From: Chloropicon primus
Lineage: Eukaryota
Assembly (NCBI GenBank): GCA_023205875.1
Contig: CP060761.1
Location: 620,001 to 684,000, forward strand
Length of the DNA stretch: 64,000 nucleotides
Direction of reading: 5' to 3'
Positions 30,452 to 41,526 of the stretch are shown here, one piece after another. Each line of letters starts with the position of its first letter. Position 1 is the stretch's first letter. The notes beneath the pieces are model-generated. The model was not told the origin of the DNA. It saw only the letters and a list, made by a program, of their open reading frames with translations, and ran no database searches. The position numbers and the translations under genes were made by a program.

Positions 30452-31859
30452 TCAGCCCTCATGTGGGTACGCCGCGACGTTGATGGCGGTCACGGGAATG
30501 TACCCACCCCCCAGGGACTGCAAGGTCTGCAGCACGCCGTGGAGGGCAGGATCGGTCCCCGAAGTCGCGGCACCCGCTCCGGCGCTTCCGCCGCTGAAGT
30601 ACGGCGAGGCGATGGAGACGTCGTTACCGGAGGAGAAATCGATGGGCCTCTCGCTGTAAGGCGACCTTCCGGTGGAGAAGAAGTGAGTGTTGGCCGTCCC
30701 GTGTGGACTGTAGTTGGTGTTCACCATGTTGGCCTCGGAGTAGCTGGTGGCCTCGGTGTCATTGCCCCTGGAGGCGTCCATCGTCTGGCGGATGGTCTCC
30801 GTGTTGGCATCCCCTCTCGAGAAGGCATCGGCGTTACCGAACAATCCGGAGGAGGCGTAAGAGGCAGAGTTCGCCAAAGACCTGCAGAGGAGAGCAGATG
30901 GAGGGGGTGGCAGGGTGTCAGATCGAATCCTGTGATCGAAGCAGGGGGAGGAAGGTTTAGGGAGGAATCTCTCTCTCTTCTTTCTCTCTTCTTGCTTACC
31001 AGTCGGTTCCGAGTTGGGCGGAGGGCCTGTTGGCCTTGAACGCAATGACGCCGTTGCCCGAGCTGCTCGAAGATTGGAAGCCCTTGGAGGACACGTGGGA
31101 TCCGGCGGTGGCACGGGCAGCGAACCTCTTTGCTTTTGGGATCGACGCAAAGCCCTCCTCTTCCCCCGCGTCCAGGAGCCTCCTGCCGTGGTACAAGGGG
31201 GACACGCCCACGTCCACGGCGGAGTAAGGGAGGGCCCCGCCACCCAGGCGCCACAGGCTCTCGTACAAGCCGTGCAGGGTGGGTATCTTGTCAGCGGTTC
31301 CTGCAGAGGCGTGGGTGGATGCCCCGGCGTACTCGCCGGTCGAGATGGACACGTCGTTCCCGCTCGCGGACTGGACGGCCCGGACCGGATCGTCCGCCAT
31401 GCCGCTGAAGTGAGAGTTGGCATACCCTTTGGGGCTGTAGTGGAAGTTCTCCATCACGGCGTCCGAGTACGACTGCGCCTCCGAGTCCCTGGATCGGTCG
31501 CTGTCGTCCTCGAACACCCTGGTGAAGGCGAGGGCGCCCGAAGTGCCGTTGGCCAAGCCGTGCAGGCCAGAGTTCGTCCAGGTCGCGGAGTTCGCGATCG
31601 AGTAGTCCGCGGAATGCCGGTTCTTGTACCCGATGGCGCCATTGCCGGAGGTGACCTGGGCGTGCGGGCCGTTGGCCTGAACGTGGGACCCCCCGAACGA
31701 CGTCGAGAGCCTCGGGGGAGGCAACGGCCTGCCAGGGGTCGGGCCCTTCCCCATGCACTCGACCCCCCCTCCGAGGAGGCCCAGGCAGAGAGCACAGAGG
31801 AGAACAAGAAGGGGAGCGGAGGTGGAGCAACAACGAGTGGCAGAGCAAGTCGTCATCAT
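30452..31859 (-). CDS. Secreted Ser/Gly/Ala-rich protein with two homologous ~170-aa modules; exons 31859-31000 and 30881-30452 (429 aa)
   Basis: Signal peptide PLLVLLCALCLGLLGGGVEC. The intron gtaagc..ctgcag joins two track ORFs in frame. Both modules share SGNG, ANSA, SGL, YSPxGxANxHF, SGNDVSI, LHG and LGGG. Confidence 0.8.
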
Positions 31860-32582
31860 CTTTCTCTGATGCTGATGCTGATGCTTCGGATGCTTCGGAT
31901 GCTGATGCTGATGCTTGGCGTACAGTAAAATGTCTCCCCGCCCAGACGAGGTGTAACGTACTTTTTGGAGAACCAGAACCGAAGAAGGCGATACGGGTCG
32001 CTCAATAAATGAACTGAACCTCTCCCGGCCTCCCCCCTCCTCCTCAGACCCCAGCCAATGGATAATCACCGCGCGCCACAGCAGTTATCCATTCAGTTAT
32101 CCATTCGTTTTGCCCCTTGCAGTGGCAAAAGTTTCCACGTTGTGAAATGTCCTAGTATTACTCGAACATTTGCTCATGGAAGTCTGGGAAACGGAAACGC
32201 CTCCGTTGACTCGAAGCAGCGCAGAGAGAGAGAGAGAAGCACACAGAAGTGATCGATCGATCGCGATCGATGTGATCGCGCCCACCGAGCCGAACGATCG
32301 AGCAACCCACTCCCTACCTCCATCCCTTGGTCGTCGAGTCGAGTCGAGTCGAGTCGAGTCGAGTCGATCGATCGAAACGCTTTTCAAGCAGCAGCAGTGT
32401 TTGCAGGTGCTGCTGCGTGGGAGGGAGCAAGAGAAGAAGCGAGAGAATCGTGGCGATCACTCCACGATCACTCCGCGATCACTTCTCCTTCATCTGGCTT
32501 CACTTCACTTCACTTCACTTCACTTCGGTTGGCCTTGTGTTTTCGTAACGCCCCGGGGCGTGGATCACGATCGATCGCGAGG

Positions 32583-34330
32583 ATGATGCCTCGTCGCAAG
32601 CATGCCGTCGTCGCCGTCGTCGCCGCCGCGTGGTGGTTCGTGCTCGCGGCCGCCGCAGTCGCCGCCGCCGCGTACGACGACACCATCCGTAGGGACGACG
32701 CGGGCTTCGTGCACCGCCAAGGGAGTCACCTGTACGACGCCAGAGGAAACCCATTCTTCATCGTGGGAACCAACTCGTACTACCTCCTCGAGCACGCCAG
32801 CGAGTCCGAGTCGTGGCTGAAGCGGTCGATCGTCGACGAGACCTTCGAGGCCGCAAGGAACCTCGGCCTCAACACCGTCAGGTGAGTCGTGGAGCAAAGA
32901 GTTCGACACCACGCCGCTCCGACGCTGACCTCCTCCTCCTCTCCTCTCTTCCTCTCCTCCTCAGGACTTGGGCGTTCTACGACGGGAAGCTCCAGACTTC
33001 GCCGGGAGTCTACGACGAGGACTGGCTGGACGCCCTCGACTACGTGGTGGCGAGGGCCGGCGAGCACGGCCTCAAGCTCGTGCTGACACTGACCAACTAC
33101 TGGGACGCTTACGGGGGGATGGAGGAGTACGTCAAGTGGGCGAACGACGCGAACGAGACGGCTGGCCTCTCCATCACGGAGTTCTACACCTCGGAGGCGA
33201 TCAGGGACATGTACAGGAGCAACTTCTTGGCGCTCAAGGACAGGGTCAACACGTACACGAACTTGACGTACGCGAACGACCCCACGATTCTGGCCTGGGA
33301 GCTCGCCAACGAGCCCAGGAACCCCGGGGACTTCACCGGGGAGGTCCTGCAGGGCTGGATCGCCGAGATGAGCCAGTTCGTCAAGGACCACGCCCCGAAC
33401 CAGCTCGTCACCAGCGGCTCGGAGGGTTTCTTCGGGCCCTCCACCCTGCAGTACATGTACCTCAACGGGAACGGGACGTTCGACCACAAGCAGTACACGG
33501 CCCAGATGTGCACCGGGGTGGACTTTCTGACGAACCACGACGAGACCACGGCGATCGACTTGCCCAGCTTCCACCTGTACCCCGACCACCACGCCGAGGA
33601 GCTATGCGGCAGGGGGGCTCCGGCCAGCGACTGTGCCCTGCAGTGGGCCCGGGCCCAGACGGAGGCCAGGCTCCGGCTCGCCAGCCAAGTCTTGGGGAAG
33701 CCCCTTTACCTCGGCGAGTTCGGCAAGATGAAGCACCCCCTGATGGAGGGCACCCTCGACGCCCAGGTCGTGTACAGGAACCGCCTCTACTCCCAGGTGT
33801 ACAACATGATTCAGCAGAGCGCCGTCGACGCCTTTGATGAGGAGAGCCAGGAGTTCTCCAACGCGGTGGGGGTAGGCGGGGGGTCGACCTTCTGGATGCT
33901 GGCCAGCCCGGAGTACAAGGACTACGACAACTTCACGGTGTACTCCGGGGGTAACGGCCCGTCCCTCCCTCCCCCGTGGGTCCCCTCCATGGAGGCGGTC
34001 GCCACCCAGAGCGATTTCAGGAACTACCGGGAGGAGCAGGAGTGCGTGGCCAAGGTGCTGGGGCAGCACCCCGACTGGACGGACCACCACTGGTTCGTCG
34101 CCGGCAGGGACGCGGACGAGTGGTACGACACGGTGAGGAGGATGGAGGAGGACGACAGGGTGTACACCCGGAAGTTCACGAGCGGCCACCACCCGGAGTA
34201 CACCTTCACCTTTGACCCCGCGATCGCCGAGAAGTGGTACCTGGACGCCTCCACCGTGGCCCTCATCCAGAACCACGCGAGCAACATGAACCAGCTCGCC
34301 AGGCTGAACAAGCACAACTGGTGGGGCTAG
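32583..34330 (+). CDS. Secreted glycoside hydrolase family 5 endo-beta-1,4-mannanase; exons 32583-32881 and 32965-34330 (554 aa)
   Basis: Signal peptide, GTNSYYL, NTVR|TWAF, LTNYWDAYGGM, AWELANEPR (acid/base) and YLGEFG (nucleophile). Confidence 0.9.
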
Positions 34331-34484
34331 GGAGAGGGACGGAGGGAGCTAAAAATGCAGTAGAGTAGTATACTAAAGAAACTCGATACTAATTCTAATT
34401 TCAGATCAAAATGCATCAGACCAGGCCAGCGTACTATACCCGCGTCCTCGTCGTCTTTGTCGTCTTCCCTTCACTGTCTTCCCT

Positions 34485-35309
34485 TCACTGAGCCAAGGCC
34501 AAGGAGGTCTGCTGCTGCTGCTGCCTGAGCACCTTGGTGAGGGTGCTCAGGTCGAGCCCCCTCCTGGCGACCGCGGCGGGGGACTGCGGCAAAGTCTGCG
34601 GCAAAGTCGGACCCTTCTTGGCCTGCTGCTGCCGCAGGTGGATCGTGTTCTGGATCTCCGCCAGGACCGAGCTCACCTTCTCCTTCTCCCTGTCGCGCTG
34701 CTGGCTCGCCAGGAGCTCCACCGCGGCCACCAGCGCGCTTCCGGTCGACGCCGTGGAGAGCTGCCTGGAGAGCTCCGACAGGGCCGGCGCCGACGTCGGG
34801 GTGGCCACCCCCACCCTCTCCTGGGCCCTCACGGGGGTGGACACGAGGGCCTGGACCGCGGACATGGCCGCCTGCCCCTTGTTCGACAGGTCCACCAGCT
34901 TGTAAATCAGGTGGATGGTGTCGTCGAGGACCTCGGTCATGTTCTTCACCCTCAGGGACACGGGGTGGAAGCTCCTCAGGATGTCGATCCTCTGCCTGAT
35001 CTCCATCCTGCGCTTCTTCTCCGAGAGCGCAGCCTTCCTCACGGGCCTCCCCTCCCCAGTCTGCCTCGACATGTCCGAGCTGCTGTTCATCTGGGCGTGC
35101 TCCTCGTCCAGCCTGCGCAGGAACTCCTCCTTGTCCAACACGTGCTGGCCTGTCTTCGCCGTCGCCTGGGTCATCGTTTGGGTCATCGCCTCGCCCAGGG
35201 ACCTCTTCTCCCCGACCCTCTTCAGTGAAGTCTTCACCTCAGGGCTCGGAGGGGACAACTCCTCGTCGGACAACGTCACCACCGCCCCCCTCTCCTCGCT
35301 GCTCGTCAT
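34485..35309 (-). CDS. bHLH transcription factor
   Basis: ALSEKKRRMEIRQRIDILRSFHP..KNMTEVLDDTIHLIYKL, with a Gln-rich tail. ATG at 35309. Confidence 0.82.
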   Translation of the reverse strand: MTSSEERGAVVTLSDEELSPPSPEVKTSLKRVGEKRSLGEAMTQTMTQATAKTGQHVLDKEEFLRRLDEEHAQMNSSSDMSRQTGEGRPVRKAALSEKKRRMEIRQRIDILRSFHPVSLRVKNMTEVLDDTIHLIYKLVDLSNKGQAAMSAVQALVSTPVRAQERVGVATPTSAPALSELSRQLSTASTGSALVAAVELLASQQRDREKEKVSSVLAEIQNTIHLRQQQAKKGPTLPQTLPQSPAAVARRGLDLSTLTKVLRQQQQQTSLALAQ

Positions 35310-36086
35310 CTTCTTCTTCTTCTTCTCTCGAGACTCGAGACTATCACTACGCCGGGCGGGTAACGCACCAACGAACGTCGCGCGCGCACACACACACCAA
35401 AAGAACCACCAAAAAAAAAAGGAACGAACAACAGGCGACGACGGTCGACAACTGCAACTGACAACTACAACTACAACTCGGGGGACGACCAGATGGCCTC
35501 TCTCCCGTTTCGCCGTTCTCTGGGGCACGATTGCCGTTACTTTGCCGCTCTCTCTTGCTCTTGTTTTGCCGAAAAATTTTTGGCGGGAAGAAAAAAGTCG
35601 GAGACGAGGAGATGGAGATAGGAGGGGGGAGGGGAAGAAGCCAATAGCACTGCAGAGCGGGGCAGGAGGGGCCTTTGGCTTATTTTTTTTCGGGGGGGGT
35701 GGTGTTGGGTGGTTAGGTTTATTTTATTTTGTTCTTGGCCTTGTTTTGCTGCTCCCTGCACCCCCACAAACAACGACACACCCTGCTTGGCTTTTTTTGT
35801 GTGTCAAACATTCATTGTTTATTATTGTTGTTCATATGTTACGTTAGTTCTTGAGTTATGCTAAAGCTAATTCTCAGCAAACGGGAACGACTGGCTACTT
35901 CACGCAACGCACGTAGTCATCGTCGCTCGCGACAGCTTGGCCTTGTGTGTGCGTGTGCGTGTGTGCACACTCCCACTCCCAGCCCAACTCCCACTCCCGT
36001 GGTGGTGGCAAGAAAAAAGCAAGAAGAGAGCCCCCTGCCTGCCCCCCCTGTAGTAGCGCTCTCTCCCACTCTACCGCTCTCTCCCT

Positions 36087-37031
36087 CTACGAGTCCGCCT
36101 TGATTGGTGGGTCTCCGGTGAGGGGCTCCTTGGCGAGGTACAACGAGGTGTCGTCCTGGACGGCCTGCTGGTTGGCCGCGAACCGGAGGCCGGCCTGGGC
36201 CTGGGGCCAGGCCTGCTGCTGCTGCTGCTGGAGGTACTGGCTCAGGGCCTGGGCCTGCTGCTGCTGCTCGAGGGACATGCCGCTCACCCCGACCCCCACA
36301 CTGACGCCCGGGATGCCCGCCTGCTGCAGGCGGTTCTGCTGCATCATCGAGGTGATTTCCCCCGCGAGCCTGTAGTCCCCCTGCTGCCCCCCTGGCACAA
36401 CATGGTGCGTCGGCGCTCCCATCAGCTGGAAGCTCCCCGGAGCAGCGGCCAGCTGGAAGCTCGTCTGCCTCTGCGCGTTCTCGAGCATCGCCTTCAGGCT
36501 GTTGATCAGCAGGATGGTGTCGTCGAGCACCTCGGTCACGTTCTTGTTTCGCACGCTGTCCGGGAGCATCTCCCTAAGCGTCTCGATCCTCCTCCTGATC
36601 TCGTTCCTGCGCTTCTTCTCCGACTGCGCCGCGGTCGACGTCCCGCCCTTGGTCACCCCCAGCACGCGCTTGCCGGCCACGCACCTGCCCGGCTTCCTCT
36701 CGCTCGGGCCCGGCCCGTTCCCCTGCTGCTCCTTCTTGGCCCCCGTGGGGTGGAGCACCGCCTTGACGTTCACCGCGTCGTTCCTGCTCGAGTCCAGCAC
36801 CATCGGCACCGAGCCCGTCGGGGACGTAGGCACCTCCACCCTCGCGTCCTCCGTCTCCCTGCTGCTCGACCCTGGCGGGGACGACGCGTTCGTCTCGGCC
36901 GTCGTCGTCCCCTTGGCCGCCGTGTCCTTGGGCTTGGGCGAGGAAAGCTCCGTCGTCGTCGTCGTTGCCTTGGCGTTCGTCCCGACCGTGCCCGCAGTGG
37001 ACTCGCTCAGCTCGTTCTTCAGAGAGCACAT
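36087..37031 (-). CDS. bHLH transcription factor (paralog of the adjacent gene)
   Basis: AQSEKKRRNEIRRRIETLREMLP..KNVTEVLDDTILLINSL, with a Gln-rich tail. ATG at 37031. Confidence 0.85.
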   Translation of the reverse strand: MCSLKNELSESTAGTVGTNAKATTTTTELSSPKPKDTAAKGTTTAETNASSPPGSSSRETEDARVEVPTSPTGSVPMVLDSSRNDAVNVKAVLHPTGAKKEQQGNGPGPSERKPGRCVAGKRVLGVTKGGTSTAAQSEKKRRNEIRRRIETLREMLPDSVRNKNVTEVLDDTILLINSLKAMLENAQRQTSFQLAAAPGSFQLMGAPTHHVVPGGQQGDYRLAGEITSMMQQNRLQQAGIPGVSVGVGVSGMSLEQQQQAQALSQYLQQQQQQAWPQAQAGLRFAANQQAVQDDTSLYLAKEPLTGDPPIKADS

Positions 37032-37225
37032 CTCACAGGATGATGAAGCTGAAGATGTTCCCCTTGCCTCTTGATGCCTTCGAAAGGACTTTTTCCCCTC
37101 AAAGAGCAAGCAACCTTCCCCTTCCTCTGCGATGACGAAAGAAAGCCGAGCGAGCGAGAGAGAGGGAAGCGGAGAGCGAGACGCCTCAAAGAAAGAAAAG
37201 AAAGGAAAACGTTTGGAAAACAATC

Positions 37226-37295
37226 CCCTTTGGCTTTGGCTTCCCTTTGGCTTTGGCTTCCCTTTGGCTTTGGCTTCCCTTTGGCTTTGGCTTCC
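37226..37295. repeat. 17-bp tandem repeat (ccctttggctttggctt) x4
   Basis: Read directly from the sequence, upstream of the second bHLH gene. Confidence 0.9.
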
Positions 37296-37995
37296 TCGCC
37301 TGCGGATTTGTTTTCAAATCAAGACAAGGCGTGGGTCCCTCGTATTGACCAAGACCTCGTTGGAAAGATCTCGACAAGACGCTTCCAATGATGTCGACGC
37401 CGTTCTTGTCTCTTGGGTACTCAACCTCCCAATCGTCTTCGAGTTCCCCCGCGCGCAAGCCCCCACACAGCGCCAATGATCGCTCGGCTTTGAGAGACCT
37501 CGAGAGACCTCTTCCTCTCCGCCGTTTTCGCTGTAGAAAGTGCAGCTTAAATCGCCAAAGCCACGTGAATTCGTCGGACCGAGAGAGTGCAAAACGCATG
37601 TTAAATCTTAACCCACGTGGGAATGTGGGGGTCGCTTATTCGGTGTAATGTGAGTGTGTACACCAGAAAAAGAAAAAGAAAAAGAACATCAACAGACGAC
37701 CGACGTGGCTTCTAGACGCGGCTTCTAGGCTTGTTCTTCGGGGTGGCACTGCCACCGTGCCACGAGGAGAGGATTGTTGTTGTTTTTGTTGTTGTTCTCT
37801 CTCTGTCTCCTCTCCTCTCCTCCGGCTCTCCCCTCTGTCTCCTCCTGCCGTTCTTACTTTAGGTGTGAAGGGAGGGAGTCCACAGTGTGGGGCTGTGAGC
37901 GCCTCCTCGCAGCATGCAGCTCCCCTCGAGTTGGAATGGAAGGAGAGGATCTTCTCCTCGGGGGGGGGGGGGGTTGAGGATGGATTGGTTTTTGG

Positions 37996-38040
<45 letters not shown>

Positions 38041-38740
38041 GTCGGATCTCGGATCTCGGATCTCGGTTACACTCATGTGTAGCCTTGGCCCTCGGCGACC
38101 CCATCGAGTGGGGGGGAAACCACAAAAGTCGTAACCGACGAGAAGGCGTTACCTTGCCATCCATCCTCCGCATCGGGCTGACACAAGACCGGAACAGTGG
38201 AAAGGGGGGGGGAAAGACACATCAACCTTCCTTACCTTCCTTCCCGTGGAGCTCTTCTTCTTTTTTGTTTGTGGACGACGACGACGAAGAGAGTTCTCTC
38301 GCTCTCTCGCTCGCTCTCTGCTGTGTCTCTTGATTGACTGGACTGGATTGGGGCGCTCTTACTCGCTTTGCTCCTTTGCTTGTGGACGTCACGGACATCG
38401 CGACCACCCACTCAGCAATTGTCGTTGGCCTAGTCGTTGTCCTTCGTGGCTTCTGGACCAGCAGCAGGGGAGACGAGAGACGAGACCTCTCCTGCCTTTG
38501 ACTGCTGTGGTGGGGAGGGACGAGGAGGGAAGCCGGGGAGGACGCGACGACGCGACGGCAACGGGGCCTCCACGACCTCCTCGAAGGTTTTTCGGCGCCA
38601 ACCCGACGGAGTTGCCGTCCATCGACGCGGCTTCCTCATGCCTGCCGAGGAATACCCTAGCAGCAGCAGCAGCAGCAGGTTTAGACCACACACACACACA
38701 CACACACACCTTTGAGCTTTTGAGGCCTTGAGACGGGCAG

Positions 38741-41194
38741 ATGGACTGCGGGCCTAGCAGCAGCAGCAGGAGAGGTACCCTGGCGACGAGGACGAAGCCC
38801 CGGAACCGCGCTTCTACTTGTTGTTCTTCTTCTTTGTCGTGGGTCCAACTCACCACCACCACCACCACCACCACCCTCCTGGTCCTCCTCCTGGTCCTGG
38901 TCCTCGCCACCACACCCGCCCGAGCACAGCTGCGGCGGCGGCTCGGCGCCGCCGCAGCGGCCCCGCCCCCGCCACTGCCGAACGACACCACTGCCCACTG
39001 GATGATGACGACGACGACAGACAACAACTCGTCGTCGTCGTCGCCGCCCGTGTTCCGGATGGGCGGCGTGGCGGACGGCGCCAACGGGGGGCACTACAAC
39101 TCGATGCTCTCGGCGACGAACAACAACAACTTTCAGAACCTCACCGCGGAGGGCTTCGTCCTGGACGACGACCTGGACGTGGTCCAGCCGGACGTCGCCG
39201 AGCCCGTCATCGACGAGGGCGCCACGGACTTTGGACCCGTGGACCAGATGAGGATCCAGGGGATCCAGGAGCTCCTGAGCCAGCTGAACTTCATCGACAT
39301 GCAGCTCGACCTGGAGCTGAAGAGGAGGAGCAACTCCTCCTCGCCCTCGTCCTCCGCCTCGCCGGGGTCCTCCCTGCAGGAGCTCATCGCGTCCCCGCAG
39401 CTGTCGAGCGCCGACGGGATCCTCTCCGGCCTGGGGATCAGGACCCAGAGGGAGATCGAGACGGCCTCGGAGTTCCTCTCCAGCACGAGCTGCTACTTTC
39501 CCCTGAACGGGAGCCCGAGCGTGAGCAAGGAGGAGTGGATGTACTACCTGGCGAGCAGGGCCCAGTCGTACGAGGCCGAGGAGGGCACCGCCGTGGACTC
39601 CATCCTCAAGGAGCTGCCTTGGGCGACCTTCCCCATCCTGTGCCAGAACTCCACGTTCAACGTCCCGCAGTGGCTCGGGAAGTACGACTGGATGAACGAC
39701 ATGGTGACCAGCGTCGAGATCCCCGTGTACGCCAAGGCGGTCGGGAGGATCCCGGAGTCGATCGGCAACCTGTCCAAGCTCAGGACCCTGAGCCTCCAGG
39801 GCGGGGTCGAGGGGACCATCCCACCCTCGATCGGGGAGCTTCAGGAGCTCACGTCCCTGATGCTCCAGAACAACGATCTCATCGGGTCGATACCCCCGGA
39901 GATTGGCAACTGCACCAGCTTGGTCAAGCTCTGGGTCTTCAACAACGAGCTCACGGGGTCGATCCCGGACGACATCGCGGACCTGGACTCGCTGGAGGAG
40001 TTCTTCGCGCAGGACAACCAGCTCACCGGGCAGGTTACGCCGGCCCTCGTGGGCGTGCAGCAGAAGCTCGGCAGGAACTTCGCGATCACCGGGAACCCGA
40101 TGTGGGCGGAGACTCAGGGGGTGGCGGCGACCCGGGTGGAGGAGAGCGAGCTGGAGGGGTGGGAGATCGCGCTCATCGTGGTCGTGGCCATCGTGGCCGC
40201 GGCGTCCGCGGCGACCCTGTTGGTCTGGGCGGTGCGTAGGGGAAAGCTCGCGATGACGGCCTCCATGAGGGACCTGGCGATGAAGGAGTTCGAGGACGAC
40301 TGCGAGACCCAAGCCATGTTTTGCATCAACAGGAAGGACCTTCAACTCGTCAAGCTGGTGGGGAGGGGGACGTACGGCTCCGTCTTCGAGGCCAAGTGGA
40401 ACGGCAACCCCGTGGCGGTGAAGATCATGAACGTGATGGACTCCCAAGTGCACTCGAGGGAGGAGTCCCGCAAGTACATCAGGACTTTTGAGAAGGAGGT
40501 GGAGTTCCTGTCCCAGTTCAAGCACAGGAACGTCGTCAAGCTCTTCGGTTACTCGCTGGTCTCCCCCCACGTCTACATCGTCCAGGAGCTCCTGTCCCAG
40601 AACCTGAGCCAGGTCACGAGGTCCAAGCAGTACAAGCCGGATGACCTGAAGATCTTGAAAATCATTCAGGACATCTCCACCGGCCTGTCCTACCTCCACC
40701 CGAGGATCGTGCACTGCGACCTCAAGCCGCAGAACATCCTCCTCAGCTCCAAGGGGGAGGCGAAGATCGCAGACTTTGGGATCTCCAAGGGGAAGCAGGG
40801 AACCTTCATCCAGTTCACCAAGCACGCCCACGTGCCCGGGAGCGTCATCTACATGGCGCCCGAGTGCTTCAATTCGCCGGAGGAGGTGGGAGAGAAGTGC
40901 GACGTGTACTCCCTCGCGATGATCATCTGGGAGTGCTACACGGGGTGCGAGCCGTGGGAGGAGCTGCCGAGCCCAATTAGCGTCGTCAACGCGGTGGCCG
41001 TGCAAAACAGGAGGCCGCTGATTCCCGAGAACGTTCCTCGGGACATCACCAGGCTCATCCGCAAGTGCTGGTGCACCGAGTACCACAAGCGCCCGTCTTG
41101 CGCTGAGATCGCAAAGCTTTGCGAGCTCATGATCAAAGACAGGAAGGCCCTTAGCAAGGATCCCTCCAAGCTAATGCAATCTAGAACTCTATAA
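38741..41194 (+). CDS. Leucine-rich-repeat receptor-like kinase (signal peptide, plant-type LRRs, TM, TKL/Raf-like kinase)
   Basis: Signal LLVLLLVLVLATTPARA. About 4 LRRs of the GxIPxxIGNLxxL type. TM WEIALIVVVAIVAAASAATLLVWAV. Kinase motifs GRGTYG, VAVK, HCDLKPQN, DFG, YMAPE and DVYS. Confidence 0.92.
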   Translation: MDCGPSSSSRRGTLATRTKPRNRASTCCSSSLSWVQLTTTTTTTTLLVLLLVLVLATTPARAQLRRRLGAAAAAPPPPLPNDTTAHWMMTTTTDNNSSSSSPPVFRMGGVADGANGGHYNSMLSATNNNNFQNLTAEGFVLDDDLDVVQPDVAEPVIDEGATDFGPVDQMRIQGIQELLSQLNFIDMQLDLELKRRSNSSSPSSSASPGSSLQELIASPQLSSADGILSGLGIRTQREIETASEFLSSTSCYFPLNGSPSVSKEEWMYYLASRAQSYEAEEGTAVDSILKELPWATFPILCQNSTFNVPQWLGKYDWMNDMVTSVEIPVYAKAVGRIPESIGNLSKLRTLSLQGGVEGTIPPSIGELQELTSLMLQNNDLIGSIPPEIGNCTSLVKLWVFNNELTGSIPDDIADLDSLEEFFAQDNQLTGQVTPALVGVQQKLGRNFAITGNPMWAETQGVAATRVEESELEGWEIALIVVVAIVAAASAATLLVWAVRRGKLAMTASMRDLAMKEFEDDCETQAMFCINRKDLQLVKLVGRGTYGSVFEAKWNGNPVAVKIMNVMDSQVHSREESRKYIRTFEKEVEFLSQFKHRNVVKLFGYSLVSPHVYIVQELLSQNLSQVTRSKQYKPDDLKILKIIQDISTGLSYLHPRIVHCDLKPQNILLSSKGEAKIADFGISKGKQGTFIQFTKHAHVPGSVIYMAPECFNSPEEVGEKCDVYSLAMIIWECYTGCEPWEELPSPISVVNAVAVQNRRPLIPENVPRDITRLIRKCWCTEYHKRPSCAEIAKLCELMIKDRKALSKDPSKLMQSRTL

Positions 41195-41526
41195 TAGCAA
41201 TAGACTTAATATGACCCCCTTTCTCACTCCACAGGCCAGCATCGACCTCGACCGTTTCAATGCAAACCAGAAAAAAAAAAAACCTTCGAAACCATCAGGC
41301 AAGAAGGGGACCAAGGAAGGAACTTGTCGCGGTAGACGGCGAGGGAGGGGGGCGAGTGGGAGAGGCGAGGGGCAGGCGGAAGCACTGTCTCGCGTTCTTT
41401 CGAAAGAGCCCTCGCTTGAGAGGAATGGCGTGCTGTGGAGGATTCTGAAGCCTCTTTGTCTTGGGGGGCTTCGCGCGAGAGGAGAGGGGAGGGGAGGGGA
41501 GGTCCACCTTGGCGCCTTCGTTGAGG

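Noticed and set aside
32335..32526. (GAGTC)n and (CACTT)n runs upstream of the mannanase
   Set aside because: Simple microsatellites like the many (GA)n/(CT)n tracts in the window, with no further structure.
38681..41086. 801-aa ORF antisense to the LRR kinase
   Set aside because: Codon-bias shadow with no domains.
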